A stretch of DNA of 64,000 nt from an uncultured Methanosarcinales archaeon. GTDB taxonomy: Archaea; Nanobdellota; Nanobdellia; Woesearchaeales; DSVV01. The notes beneath the pieces are model-generated. The model saw only the letters and a list, made by a program, of their open reading frames with translations, searched no databases and was not told the origin of the DNA. The position numbers and the translations under genes were made by a program. Below are positions 54,520 through 64,000 of this stretch, piece by piece; position 1 is the first letter of the stretch, and the number at the start of each line of letters is the position of its first letter. The stretch covers positions 1-64,000 of the forward strand of contig CAZQHZ010000005.1 of NCBI GenBank assembly GCA_964593285.1, given 5' to 3'.

Positions 54520-55713
54520 ATGGACCTAGAAGAAAAAATAAAAAAGTTAGAAGAAGAAAACCAAAAACTAAGTAAAGAAAATAATAAATTAAAGCTAGAT
54601 TTAAAACTAAATGAAAAAATAAATGAAGATAAATATTTAAGCATTATTAAAGATTTAACTGATAAAAAAGAATTAGAAAAAAAATTAGAAAAACAAAAAA
54701 AACAATACTTAACAATTTTAAAAGCAATCCCACATGCTGTTTTTGAAATAGACAAAGAAGGAAAATATTTATTCTATCATAAAGGAAAAATTAATTATAA
54801 ATTTAATGAAGATGAAATCATTGAAAAAACAATATTTGATATACTACCAAAAAAAATTGCAAAAAAAAGATTTGAGCAAATAAATAAAGCAATAGATAAT
54901 GATAAAATAATTTCATATAACTATGAACAAAATATTAATAATCAAAATCATTACTTAAATGCAAAAATAGTTCCAAATTCAAAAAAAAATAAAGCAGTAG
55001 TTTTAATAGAAGATAAAACAAAAGAAAAATTAGAAGAAAAATTTAAAAAAGATGTAGAAAGAATTATTTCTCATAATATAAAAAGCCCAGCAGCATCAAT
55101 AATTAATGGATTGGATTTATTATTATATGAAGATACTAATAAAGAAGATTTTAAATTCATAGTTAATGAACTAAAAAAATCAGCATTTAATATAATAAAT
55201 ACAATAAATGATTCATATAAAGTTATGAAACTAGAAAAAAATGACTACAAACTAGCAGACAAATTAATTAATTTAAAAAATATAATTGATTATAATTATA
55301 ATGAATTTAAAAATTATTCAAATAATAAAATGAATTTGACTATCAATTACAATAAAAATTTATCTAATAAAGGAATGTATGTTCTTGGTGATGATGATTT
55401 ATTAAAACAAATGTTTTCTAATTTAATAACAAATGCATATGAAGCATCTAATGAAAATTCAAAAATTGAAATTGATGTTGATGAATATAAAAAATTTTAT
55501 AAAATTCAAATTCAAAATGAAAAAGAAATTCCAAAAGAAATAAGAAATAACTTTTTTGAAAAATATAAAACACACGGAAAATCAAATGGCACTGGAATTG
55601 GAACTTATTTTTCTAAACTAGTAACAGATGCACATAAAGGAAAAATTTATTTTAAAACTTCAAAGGAAAAAGGAACAAATATTATAATTAATTTACCAAA
55701 ATATAATGAATAA
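54520..55713 (+). CDS. Cytoplasmic PAS histidine kinase
   Basis: PAS domain; SHNIKSP, NLITNA and GK.NGTGIG motifs. Confidence 0.92.
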   Translation: MDLEEKIKKLEEENQKLSKENNKLKLDLKLNEKINEDKYLSIIKDLTDKKELEKKLEKQKKQYLTILKAIPHAVFEIDKEGKYLFYHKGKINYKFNEDEIIEKTIFDILPKKIAKKRFEQINKAIDNDKIISYNYEQNINNQNHYLNAKIVPNSKKNKAVVLIEDKTKEKLEEKFKKDVERIISHNIKSPAASIINGLDLLLYEDTNKEDFKFIVNELKKSAFNIINTINDSYKVMKLEKNDYKLADKLINLKNIIDYNYNEFKNYSNNKMNLTINYNKNLSNKGMYVLGDDDLLKQMFSNLITNAYEASNENSKIEIDVDEYKKFYKIQIQNEKEIPKEIRNNFFEKYKTHGKSNGTGIGTYFSKLVTDAHKGKIYFKTSKEKGTNIIINLPKYNE

Positions 55714-55718
55714 AATTT

Positions 55719-56222
55719 TTATTTAGAATATAATTTTAAAAAATACTTAACTGAATTTTCTTTTAAATTATCAAAATTTTCAATAATATTTTTATCAACT
55801 TTAATTGAATCTTTTGTTTTATAATTTAAAAATAAATTTTTACTTTTATTTGGAAAAATAAAACTATATTCTAACATATAATTTATTTGATCGCCTTCAT
55901 CAATCTCATCAGTAATTTTTACATTTGGTAAATTTTCTTTAATATATGGAAATTTTTCATTTTTTTGATTAAATTTATCTACAAATCTATATTTATCATC
56001 TTCTTTTTTGAAATCAACATCTATTTTAAATAAAGAATCTTTTTCTCTTCTTAGTGAATCATTTAATAATTTAGAATATTTCTCCATATATCCATTAAAT
56101 GTTTGTTTAGCAAAATGATCATCACTTATATCAACATCATCTTGCTTAAAAATTTCTAGAGCCTTATAAGACCTATTTAAATTTGTTAAAATTTCTTCAA
56201 GTTGTGTTGGTTTTTTAATCAT
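55719..56222 (-). CDS. Hypothetical protein
   Basis: 167-aa ORF with a TATA-like box upstream. Confidence 0.65.
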   Translation of the reverse strand: MIKKPTQLEEILTNLNRSYKALEIFKQDDVDISDDHFAKQTFNGYMEKYSKLLNDSLRREKDSLFKIDVDFKKEDDKYRFVDKFNQKNEKFPYIKENLPNVKITDEIDEGDQINYMLEYSFIFPNKSKNLFLNYKTKDSIKVDKNIIENFDNLKENSVKYFLKLYSK

Positions 56223-56351
56223 GTTTTATAATATAACATAACTTATATTTAAAGTTTATCTTTTTTACTACTATTTAGAAACAACTATTTTGTTGAAAAA
56301 TTAAACTATTACTACAAAATCTTTTTATACTAACTAAAATCTCTGTTTTAT

Positions 56352-57602
56352 ATGTTTGAATTTTTAAAAAATATATTTAAAAAAGAAGAAGAAATAGTAG
56401 TTTTAGATATTGAAAAAAAAGAATTAATAAATTTTCTAAATAAAAAAATATCTGATAGAAAAAAAAAGTTCGATTTAAAATTAAAAGATTCTATTTCTGA
56501 AATAAAAGCAATACTTGAAAAAATACACCAAAATTTAGATAAATTAGAAAAATTAGAATTAATGAACAAAAATATTTCAACAAAAGAAAAACAATACATG
56601 CAAGGTAATAGAAAATTATTCATAACAAATGTTAATACTTTTCTAAATAAAATTGATTTAGATATAGATTGTGATTCTTTTTTAAAAAAATTAGAAATTT
56701 TTAATGAAAATGAAAAAAATTTTATAAAAAATTTACAGCGATGTTTGATGATTTTATCACATTTTTTTGCAAATGAAACTAAAGAAATAATGAATGATAT
56801 AGCAAAAATAAAAAGAATACTAGATAAATTAAATGAAGAATACAAATCACTTGGTTTAATAAAATTAGATGAATTCATCAATCAAATAAATAATTACAAA
56901 TCAAAACAAAAAGATGCAAAAAAAATTAAAGAATATTTAACTACAAAAAATAATGAATTAGATAAATTAACAAGTAAAATAAATAGTACTAAAAAAAAAA
57001 TTGACAATATAAAAAAATCAAAAGAATATAAAATATATTTAGAATTAATAGAAAAAAAAAACAAATTGAAAGAAAAAATAGATAATTTGAAAATTCAACT
57101 TTCAAATAATTTCTCTCCATTAAATCAATCATTAAAAAAATATGAAAGAAATGCAATAACACCACAAACAGTCAAAGAAACTATAGATTCACCACTTAAT
57201 TCATTAATAAAAAATGGTTCAAAAAATATAATTGAAATGCTTTTAAAAGTTCAAACTCAAATTGAAAACAACTCAATTCAATTAAAAGATAAAAAAAAAG
57301 AAAAAGCAATAAATATGATTAAAAAAATAAATTTAAATTATTTAGATGAAATATTAAACATTTACAAAATAATAAATGAAGATATGAAAAAAATAAATAA
57401 AGAACTTTCAAATAATAAAATTAATGAAGATATAACAAAATTAGAAGAATTTTATGAAAAATTAAAAACCGATAAAGAAAAAATAATAATTGAAATAAAT
57501 AAGAATAATGAAGATTTAGAAAAATTAAAAGATAAAAATTTTTATATAAATCTTGAAAAAAATATAAATAAAATCACAAAAGATAAAATAAATATTATAT
57601 AA
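56352..57602 (+). CDS. Coiled-coil hypothetical protein
   Basis: 416-aa K/E/L-rich helical ORF. Confidence 0.75.
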   Translation: MFEFLKNIFKKEEEIVVLDIEKKELINFLNKKISDRKKKFDLKLKDSISEIKAILEKIHQNLDKLEKLELMNKNISTKEKQYMQGNRKLFITNVNTFLNKIDLDIDCDSFLKKLEIFNENEKNFIKNLQRCLMILSHFFANETKEIMNDIAKIKRILDKLNEEYKSLGLIKLDEFINQINNYKSKQKDAKKIKEYLTTKNNELDKLTSKINSTKKKIDNIKKSKEYKIYLELIEKKNKLKEKIDNLKIQLSNNFSPLNQSLKKYERNAITPQTVKETIDSPLNSLIKNGSKNIIEMLLKVQTQIENNSIQLKDKKKEKAINMIKKINLNYLDEILNIYKIINEDMKKINKELSNNKINEDITKLEEFYEKLKTDKEKIIIEINKNNEDLEKLKDKNFYINLEKNINKITKDKINII

Positions 57603-57603
57603 A

Positions 57604-58155
57604 TTAATTTTCAATTAATTCATCTATTTTTTCAATAAATTTATCAATTGTTTCATTATTTTCGATAGTTATATTTGCCATTTCAATACATTTATGTAAT
57701 TGCTGTGAATTTTTATTATCAGACATTTCTAATTTTTCTTTTGCTAAAAATTCCTCAAAAGTTGAAAAATTTTCATTTCTATTTCGTTTAATAGCTCGAT
57801 CATATCTAACTTTTGGATCAGATTTTACAAAAATTAATTTAAAATTTTCTAATTTTTGTAATTCTAATATTTCAGAAGGATTACGTATACTATCTATAAC
57901 AAAATTATTATCTAAACTATTAATATATTCTCTAGCTTTTAAACCCAAAACACCGCTACCATGTTTATTTCTTAATTCATTTCCAATATTTATTAAATTA
58001 TCCCGTGTTTTTTCAATATTTTTATTATCTAATTCTTTTCTTAAAAAATCAGATAATGAAATAAAAGCAAATCCTTTATTTTCTAAATGCTTACCCAATG
58101 TACTCTTTCCAGATGCATTAAGTCCGGTCAATCCAAAAATTTTTCTATTTTCCAT
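57604..58155 (-). CDS. P-loop nucleotide kinase (dephospho-CoA kinase-like)
   Basis: GLTGLNASGKST, SLSDFLR and VIDSIRNPSE motifs. Confidence 0.85.
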   Translation of the reverse strand: MENRKIFGLTGLNASGKSTLGKHLENKGFAFISLSDFLRKELDNKNIEKTRDNLINIGNELRNKHGSGVLGLKAREYINSLDNNFVIDSIRNPSEILELQKLENFKLIFVKSDPKVRYDRAIKRNRNENFSTFEEFLAKEKLEMSDNKNSQQLHKCIEMANITIENNETIDKFIEKIDELIEN

Positions 58156-58264
58156 AAAAAAATAAAAATATTGTTTTTTATAAAATTTGTTAATTTTTGT
58201 TGCTATGTGTTAGTAACGAAAAATTTATAAATAAATTACAATTACACAAATAAAAGGTGATAAA

Positions 58265-58666
58265 ATGAAAACCGAAAATACATTAATTGAAAAAATTAAA
58301 GATATTTATAAACAATATGGTAAGAATTTAGAAGAAGACAAAATTAAAACCATTCTAAATGCACAAGAAAAAAATAATCAATTTAAAATTTATTCAACAA
58401 GAAGTGCTAAAATTAATGAAGATGCAAAAATAGTGACTAATATTTATAAAAATCAAAATAATTCAAAAGAAAATAACTTAGAAAGGATAAAATATCAAGT
58501 TTCATTAAAAGAAAAATTTTTAGAATTAAATTTGTTAGTGGATATTTATAAAAATAAGAATTATAATGCAGGAATATTAAATAAAATACCAGCAATATCT
58601 AAAAGAAAAAAATACAATGACTTTTTAGAAATTTCTAGAAAAGTTAATCAATTAAGTTATAAATAA
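58265..58666 (+). CDS. Hypothetical protein
   Basis: 133-aa ORF with SD AGGTGA. Confidence 0.7.
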   Translation: MKTENTLIEKIKDIYKQYGKNLEEDKIKTILNAQEKNNQFKIYSTRSAKINEDAKIVTNIYKNQNNSKENNLERIKYQVSLKEKFLELNLLVDIYKNKNYNAGILNKIPAISKRKKYNDFLEISRKVNQLSYK

Positions 58667-58687
58667 TTTATAATTTTTCTAAAAAAA

Positions 58688-58797
58688 TGGGCCCGCGGAG
58701 ATTTGAACTCCGGACCTCCGGCTCACTTAGGAGCCAACGATTTTACGAAACGCTGCCATATAAGACCGGCGCTCCAACCAGACTAAGCTACGGGCCC
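58688..58797 (-). tRNA. tRNA-Ile(UAU) with 35-nt intron 58724-58758
   Basis: Acceptor GGGCCCG/CGGGCCC, anticodon arm CCGGT-CTTATA^A-GCCGG, T loop GTTCAAATC and BHB helix CUUA/UAAG. Confidence 0.95.
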
Positions 58798-58889
58798 AAA
58801 AAAACAAACTAATTTAAAAGAGAAAATAACTATTTTATAAATATTTCTTTTATTAAAATAGATGTTTAAGTAAAATAAAGAAAAAACAA

Positions 58890-59096
58890 TTAAATTTTTT
58901 CCATGTAATTACATTTTCCACAAGTTCTTCTATCATTATGGTTTGCTAAGAAAACACCTTTCCCACATTTTGGACAAAACTTATTTTTTTTTTCTAGTTT
59001 GTCACCTGAAATAGAATAATTATTACTTACTTTACTTGTTCTTTTCGCTTTTTTTGCTTCTTTTGTTTTTTTGTTAGTTGGTTTTTTTTTTGCCAT
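58890..59096 (-). CDS. rps27ae: 30S ribosomal protein S27ae (eS31)
   Basis: CPKCG.GVFLANH.DR.TCGKC.Y. Confidence 0.95.
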   Translation of the reverse strand: MAKKKPTNKKTKEAKKAKRTSKVSNNYSISGDKLEKKNKFCPKCGKGVFLANHNDRRTCGKCNYMEKI

Positions 59097-59120
59097 TTTG
59101 ATCATAATTATTATAATTTA

Positions 59121-59818
59121 TTATTTTTTAGCATCAGTTGCTTCTTNNNNNNNNNNNNNNNNNNNNNNNNNNNNNNNNNNNNNNNNNNNNNNNNNNNNNN
59201 NNNNNNNNNNNNNNNNNNNNNNNNNNNNNNNNNNNNNNNNNNNNNNGTTGCTTTTTTTTCAGCAGTTTTTTGCTCTTGTTTTGGATTTAAATCTTCTTCT
59301 AACCATTCAAGTTTACCAAGACCCTCTTGTCTCATTGTTAAGCCAACTTTTAAATTTGATAAATCTTTATAACTTACAGCAATAATTCTTGCTCTACACA
59401 TATCACCAACTTTTAAATTTCTTCTTGATTCTTTACCAAGTAAAACTTTATCTTTTCCAAAAGAAACAAAATCATTCATTGTTTGTGAAATATGTATCAT
59501 TCCATCTGCTGGGCCAATTGAAATAAATGCACCAAAATCTGCAATATCTTTTAATCTTCCAATAATTATTTCTTGTAATTCAGGTCTAAATACTATCAAT
59601 TCAAATTGTACTTGATAATATGGTGCACCATCACCTGGAACTAAAACACCTTCTCCTATGTCTGATAGTTGAAAAACATCTATTACAATGCCTAATTCTT
59701 TTGATATATAACCTTCATATTTTTTTTTTATCATGGCAATTATTGCATCATCTAACCCAAGACCAAATTTGTCTGGTGAAACCCTAATATAATCTGAAAT
59801 TTTTATTTTATAAAACAT
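59121..59818 (-). CDS. rpoE1: RNA polymerase subunit E' (Rpo7); 3' end crosses the N gap 59147-59246
   Basis: PGDGAPY, FGAFISIGPADGMIHISQ and LTMRQEGLGKLEW; the true stop is uncertain. Confidence 0.93.
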
Positions 59819-59819
59819 T

Positions 59820-60224
59820 TTAATCCATTAAACCTCTTACTTGAATATACTTTTTTTGTCTTAAATAAATAATTTTTTTTAATCTTTTTTTTAATTCAAC
59901 ATCTTGTGTTGCAATAAAATAATCTTCATTTTTTGATAAATTAACAAGTAAATCATCAACAAAATTATTTTTATTTTCCTCGTCTTTTAAAATAATATTT
60001 ATATTTTTTGATTTTATTAATTCCAATGCAATTTTTGCAGCTGTTTTATCGTTTCTATTTCCAATTTTGGTTATTTTTTTTAATTCGTCAATAATGCCAC
60101 TACAAACATACAATTCATAATTAAATTGCATATATTCTTTAATTTTTTCAAAAATATCAACATTAAATTGGCCAACCATCATTAAAAAATTTGTATCAAG
60201 TATTATTTTGACAATTTTAGCCAT
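59820..60224 (-). CDS. PIN domain protein (Fcf1/Utp24-like)
   Basis: ILDTNFL, VDDLL and ATQD.ELKKR motifs; upstream of rpoE1. Confidence 0.9.
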   Translation of the reverse strand: MAKIVKIILDTNFLMMVGQFNVDIFEKIKEYMQFNYELYVCSGIIDELKKITKIGNRNDKTAAKIALELIKSKNINIILKDEENKNNFVDDLLVNLSKNEDYFIATQDVELKKRLKKIIYLRQKKYIQVRGLMD

Positions 60225-60403
60225 TTAAAGCAAAGAATAAGCACCCATTTAAAAAGATATTGTTTTTTTAGATTTTTAAATAGGATAATTTTTTGAATAA
60301 TCGCATCAAATACAATTTTAAAAACAATAACATTTAAAAGTACACCATTTTTTCTATAAGAATTATTAAATTATTTTAATTTTTAAATTTTGGAGGGATA
60401 GAT

Positions 60404-60580
60404 ATGAGTAATGAAAAATTTTTATGTTCGTCTTGTAAAAAAGATATTACTAATGATATAGGTTCAGTTAAATTTATGTGTCCAGCGTGTTCAAAAACAC
60501 AAATAATAAGGTGTAAATCATGCAGGCAAATCGCGACAAAATATACTTGTCATGAATGCGGTTTTGTTGGACCAAACTAA
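60404..60580 (+). CDS. Zinc-ribbon protein (DUF1610/HVO_2753 family; not in ORF track)
   Basis: 58 aa with four CxxC, ending YTCHECGFVGPN; SD GGAGG; upstream of aEF-1beta. Confidence 0.92.
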   Translation: MSNEKFLCSSCKKDITNDIGSVKFMCPACSKTQIIRCKSCRQIATKYTCHECGFVGPN

Positions 60581-60600
60581 AAAAAGAGGTATTAAAAAAA

Positions 60601-60879
60601 ATGGCTAGCGTAATTGTTACAATGAAAATAATGCCTGAATCAGTTGAAACTGTATTAAATGATCTTCAGGAAAATATAAAACAAGAAATTTCAAATTTTT
60701 GTGGTGAAACAGAAATTAGATTTACTGAAGAGCCTATTGCATTTGGATTAAAATCATTAAACACAACATTTGTAATGAATGAAGAAAAAGGCTCAACAGA
60801 AGAATTAGAAAAAAGCATTTCTAATGCAAAAGGAGTAAATTCAGTAGAAGTTACTGATATTAGAAGAACCATTGGTTAA
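60601..60879 (+). CDS. ef1b: Elongation factor 1-beta
   Basis: KIMPES, EPIAFGLKSL and GVNSVEV motifs; SD GAGGT. Confidence 0.95.
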   Translation: MASVIVTMKIMPESVETVLNDLQENIKQEISNFCGETEIRFTEEPIAFGLKSLNTTFVMNEEKGSTEELEKSISNAKGVNSVEVTDIRRTIG

Positions 60880-60908
60880 TTAATTTCTTTTTTTATTATT
60901 TAAAAAAA

Positions 60909-61121
60909 TTATTTATAAGCTAATTTTATGTCTTTTTCATGAATTGTTTTTCTTCCAGAATGTTTTGCAATTTTATTTGCCCGTTCGCTTATTTCTTCAG
61001 CTTTATTTATAATTACTTCAGTAAATTTATCTATTGCATCTGAAGATACACGCTTTGCACCAGCATTCATTAAAATTCTACCAAATGGTGCTTTTGGAAT
61101 AACAGTTGTTTTTCTTGCCAT
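60909..61121 (-). CDS. Archaeal histone
   Basis: IPKAPFGRIL..AGAKRVS..A...AKHSGRKTI...DIKLA. Confidence 0.95.
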   Translation of the reverse strand: MARKTTVIPKAPFGRILMNAGAKRVSSDAIDKFTEVIINKAEEISERANKIAKHSGRKTIHEKDIKLAYK

Positions 61122-61276
61122 TTTTATTAAACCTCAATATTTAAATTTTATTTTTTAAAAATATGATATAATTTTATAAAATAACTATTTTATTTAAAAA
61201 TTTTGGTTTTTTAAAAAAAATGTTTTATATTTTTTAAAATTTATTTTTAAAATGTATATGTAAATAAATTAGAAAT

Positions 61277-62161
61277 CTAAGTTAATTTAGAATTGATATT
61301 TTTTATTATTGCAATAGAGAAAAACAAAGATATTAAACATATTGTTGGCATTATAAAAATTACAGGAATAACATTTATTCCTTCTTTTGCCATAAAAATA
61401 ATCTTTGATGATAATGCTGCCATTAAAATTGATAAAAATATAAGATAAATAGATGTAAATAAATACCCATATTTATCTTTTTTAATTGCTAAAAATCCAG
61501 AAACAATTCCTATTGGTAATAATAATGCTAAATCTAATCCTTGAACAATTAATGTAGTGTAATGTTGTAATTCTTTAGGATATATTAGCCCACTAATCAA
61601 AGGTGGTATAATTATACTCAGCCACAAAAATGCAACCATGATACTATTAATGATAAGGAAATATCCTCCAATTCTTATTAATTTTTTATGTTTAAAATTA
61701 TGAATTAATTTATTGATTGGTTTATTGAATAATATAATTATAAAAGAAAAAAATACTAAACATAAAATTACTACATATACTAAAAACAATTCATTATACA
61801 TAGCCATAACAATATAAAAAAGATATGTAACAAAAAAATAAAATAAAATTCCTAATAAAGCAATATGACCTTTTAAATTATTTTTTATAAAAAAAAATAA
61901 AGCTACAAGCAATAAAGGTATTGCAATAAATAATGTTACATAATCATGTGCTATACCTTGAATAGCAACATCAGATGACATATGTTTGTATATTCCAGTA
62001 CCATAAATTTTAACATCATCCCCTCGAATTGAAGTATATTCAAATTCTCCAGTTCCATCACCTGAAAAGATTCCTATGAAAGATGAGATTCCAGAAAGTA
62101 ATGAAATTATTAATATCATGATTAAAATAGATTTTTTTTGTTTTGACATACTAAATAACAT
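61277..62161 (-). CDS. Multi-pass membrane protein
   Basis: About eight TM segments; GIYKHMS..VAIQG..D and VQGLDL motifs. Confidence 0.8.
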   Translation of the reverse strand: MLFSMSKQKKSILIMILIISLLSGISSFIGIFSGDGTGEFEYTSIRGDDVKIYGTGIYKHMSSDVAIQGIAHDYVTLFIAIPLLLVALFFFIKNNLKGHIALLGILFYFFVTYLFYIVMAMYNELFLVYVVILCLVFFSFIIILFNKPINKLIHNFKHKKLIRIGGYFLIINSIMVAFLWLSIIIPPLISGLIYPKELQHYTTLIVQGLDLALLLPIGIVSGFLAIKKDKYGYLFTSIYLIFLSILMAALSSKIIFMAKEGINVIPVIFIMPTICLISLFFSIAIIKNINSKLT

Positions 62162-62402
62162 TAATTAATTAAAACTTTTTATGTTTTTAAATTTTTCTTT
62201 TAAAATATATTTTTTTTATAGCAAAATTAAGAAAAAATTTTATTTTTTAGAAAAAATTACTTCTTTTTTAAAGTTAAAATTTTATTACTAAAAATAACTA
62301 TTTCATTCTTTATAAAAAAATTATAAAAAGATATTTATAACATAATTATTTTTTATTTTAAAAGAGATTATATTATAAATTATTAAAAAAGGTGATATAA
62401 AA

Positions 62403-63317
62403 ATGATTTACGCAGTTGGACATAAAAATCCAGATACAGATACAATTTGTTCTGCAATTGCAATAGCTGAATTATTAAAACAAAGAAATATTGATGCAGA
62501 AGCTAAAAGACAAGGAGAATTAAACCCTGAAACAAAATTTGTTTTAGAAAAATTTTCAATTAAAATTCCACAAATAATTGAAGATTCAGAAAATAAAAAT
62601 ATTTTTTTAGTAGATCATTCTGATAAATCCCAAAGCATTGACAATATTGATAAAGCAAATATTAAAGGAATAGTAGATCATCATAAATTAGGTGATATTA
62701 CAACATCTACACCCTTAGAATTTTGGGCACTTCCTGTTGGATGTACTTGTACAATTATTAAAGGAATGTATGATTTTTATAATATTGAAATTTCAGAAAA
62801 AATTGCAGGAATAATGCTTTGTGCAATATTATCAGATACAGTTTTATTTAAATCTCCAACCACTACAGATTTAGATGAAAAAGTTGCAAAAGAATTAGCA
62901 AAAATTGCAAAAGTTGATGATATAAAAAAACTTGCAATGGATATGTTTAATAAAAAATCAGATGTAGAAGGAAAAACTATGCGTGAATTAATTTTTAGAG
63001 ATTATAAAGATTTTGTTATGAATGAAAAAAAAGTTGGAGTTTCACAATTAGAAGTTGTTGATATAACCATATTTGATTCAATTAAAGATGATTTGTTTAA
63101 TGAACTACAAAAAATAAAAGATGAGGGAAGAAATACTGTATTATTATTGTTGACAGATATAATGAAAGAGGGCTCTGAATTAATATGTATTTCCAATAAT
63201 CCAGAGCTAGTAGAAAAAGCATTTAATATAAAATTTAAAGATAATAAAATATGGTTAGATGGTATTATGAGCAGAAAAAAACAAGTAATTCCAAATCTAC
63301 AAAAAGCTTTTTTATAA
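62403..63317 (+). CDS. ppaC: Manganese-dependent inorganic pyrophosphatase (family II)
   Basis: GHKNPDTD, DHH, SDT.LFKSPT and SRKKQ motifs. Confidence 0.96.
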   Translation: MIYAVGHKNPDTDTICSAIAIAELLKQRNIDAEAKRQGELNPETKFVLEKFSIKIPQIIEDSENKNIFLVDHSDKSQSIDNIDKANIKGIVDHHKLGDITTSTPLEFWALPVGCTCTIIKGMYDFYNIEISEKIAGIMLCAILSDTVLFKSPTTTDLDEKVAKELAKIAKVDDIKKLAMDMFNKKSDVEGKTMRELIFRDYKDFVMNEKKVGVSQLEVVDITIFDSIKDDLFNELQKIKDEGRNTVLLLLTDIMKEGSELICISNNPELVEKAFNIKFKDNKIWLDGIMSRKKQVIPNLQKAFL

Positions 63318-63320
63318 TAT

Positions 63321-63470
63321 TTATTTTTTTATAAATAAATCTTCAACTTCTTTTTCTTGATTTTTTAATAATTCATGCTCGTTATTTATTTCATCATCTG
63401 TTGGAATATGTTTTTTTTCTTCCTTTTTTACTTTTCGTAATAAAAACCAATTTTTAATTTTTGAAAACAT
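63321..63470 (-). CDS. 49-aa hypothetical protein
   Basis: MFSKIKNWFLL...; the ATG at 63470 lies about 23 nt below TTTATATA. Confidence 0.5.
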   Translation of the reverse strand: MFSKIKNWFLLRKVKKEEKKHIPTDDEINNEHELLKNQEKEVEDLFIKK

Positions 63471-63537
63471 AATTTTTTTAAAATAAATAAGATATATAAA
63501 TTTTTTGAAAAAATAAAAATTTTTGAAAAATAAAAAA

Positions 63538-64000
63538 TTACTTTTGCTCATCAAAATGACTTTCTTTTGATTTATCCAATATAAAATAATCTTTTGGTAA
63601 ATTTTTTTCATATTGTTTTAACATTGATTTTAGATTATTAACATTTAAATTAACATTTTCATCAAATAATAAGTTAAAATTCATATTAGTCTGTTTTAAA
63701 GCACCATCTAATTCATAAATTCTTTTAAAATTACCATATTTATTGTTAATAATATCATTATATAATGAAATTAATTTTGATTCAAATAATGAATTATTAG
63801 AATATTTACTTTCTAATTTCCAATCATTAACTGCATTTTTTTTAAGTCTTTCTAATTCAATTAAATTTGATTTTAATACTATGTTTTCTAAGGCAATTTT
63901 TGAACCATGTGTTGAATATCCTATTTTTGAACCATTTAAATTTTTAAGTTTTTGAAAAGTAACAAAATATTGGTTAACTCCATCATATGAATTATGTTCT
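63538..64000 (-). CDS. Partial hypothetical protein (5' end outside window)
   Basis: Open frame of 154 codons from the window edge to TAA at 63538-63540. Confidence 0.65.
   Translation of the reverse strand, partial: EHNSYDGVNQYFVTFQKLKNLNGSKIGYSTHGSKIALENIVLKSNLIELERLKKNAVNDWKLESKYSNNSLFESKLISLYNDIINNKYGNFKRIYELDGALKQTNMNFNLLFDENVNLNVNNLKSMLKQYEKNLPKDYFILDKSKESHFDEQK

Noticed and set aside
63498..63537. Short direct repeat aaatttttgaaaaataaaaa x2
   Set aside because: Low-complexity AT sequence, probably local slippage.

Overview
This is a very AT-rich archaeal chromosomal window with two 100-nt N gaps. Archaeal markers are aRF1, a histone, RpoE', S27ae, aEF-1beta, deoxyhypusine synthase, an archaellin and BHB-intron tRNAs. 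They are mixed with many bacterial-type genes: thrS, groES/groEL, queA, queH, dusB, selU, ald, ppaC and two-component systems. Together with a form II/III RuBisCO and tRNA-Ile(UAU), this points to a DPANN archaeon, probably Woesearchaeota (inference). Most of the window is housekeeping and lineage-specific hypothetical genes; no CRISPR array, rRNA or transposase was seen. The main non-routine signals are: (1) a 222-nt nested inverted-repeat element at 43.7-43.9 kb (structured ncRNA or MITE); (2) a frameshifted tyrosine recombinase with an att-like GTTAGGC core and hairpin at the left edge; (3) queuosine-maturation genes in an archaeon; (4) a HEPN-MNT module between 40-bp direct repeats of a gene 3' end; (5) a decayed copy of the archaellin 3' end; (6) a tRNA-Met intron carrying C/D-box motifs; and (7) two further intergenic fold-back elements.
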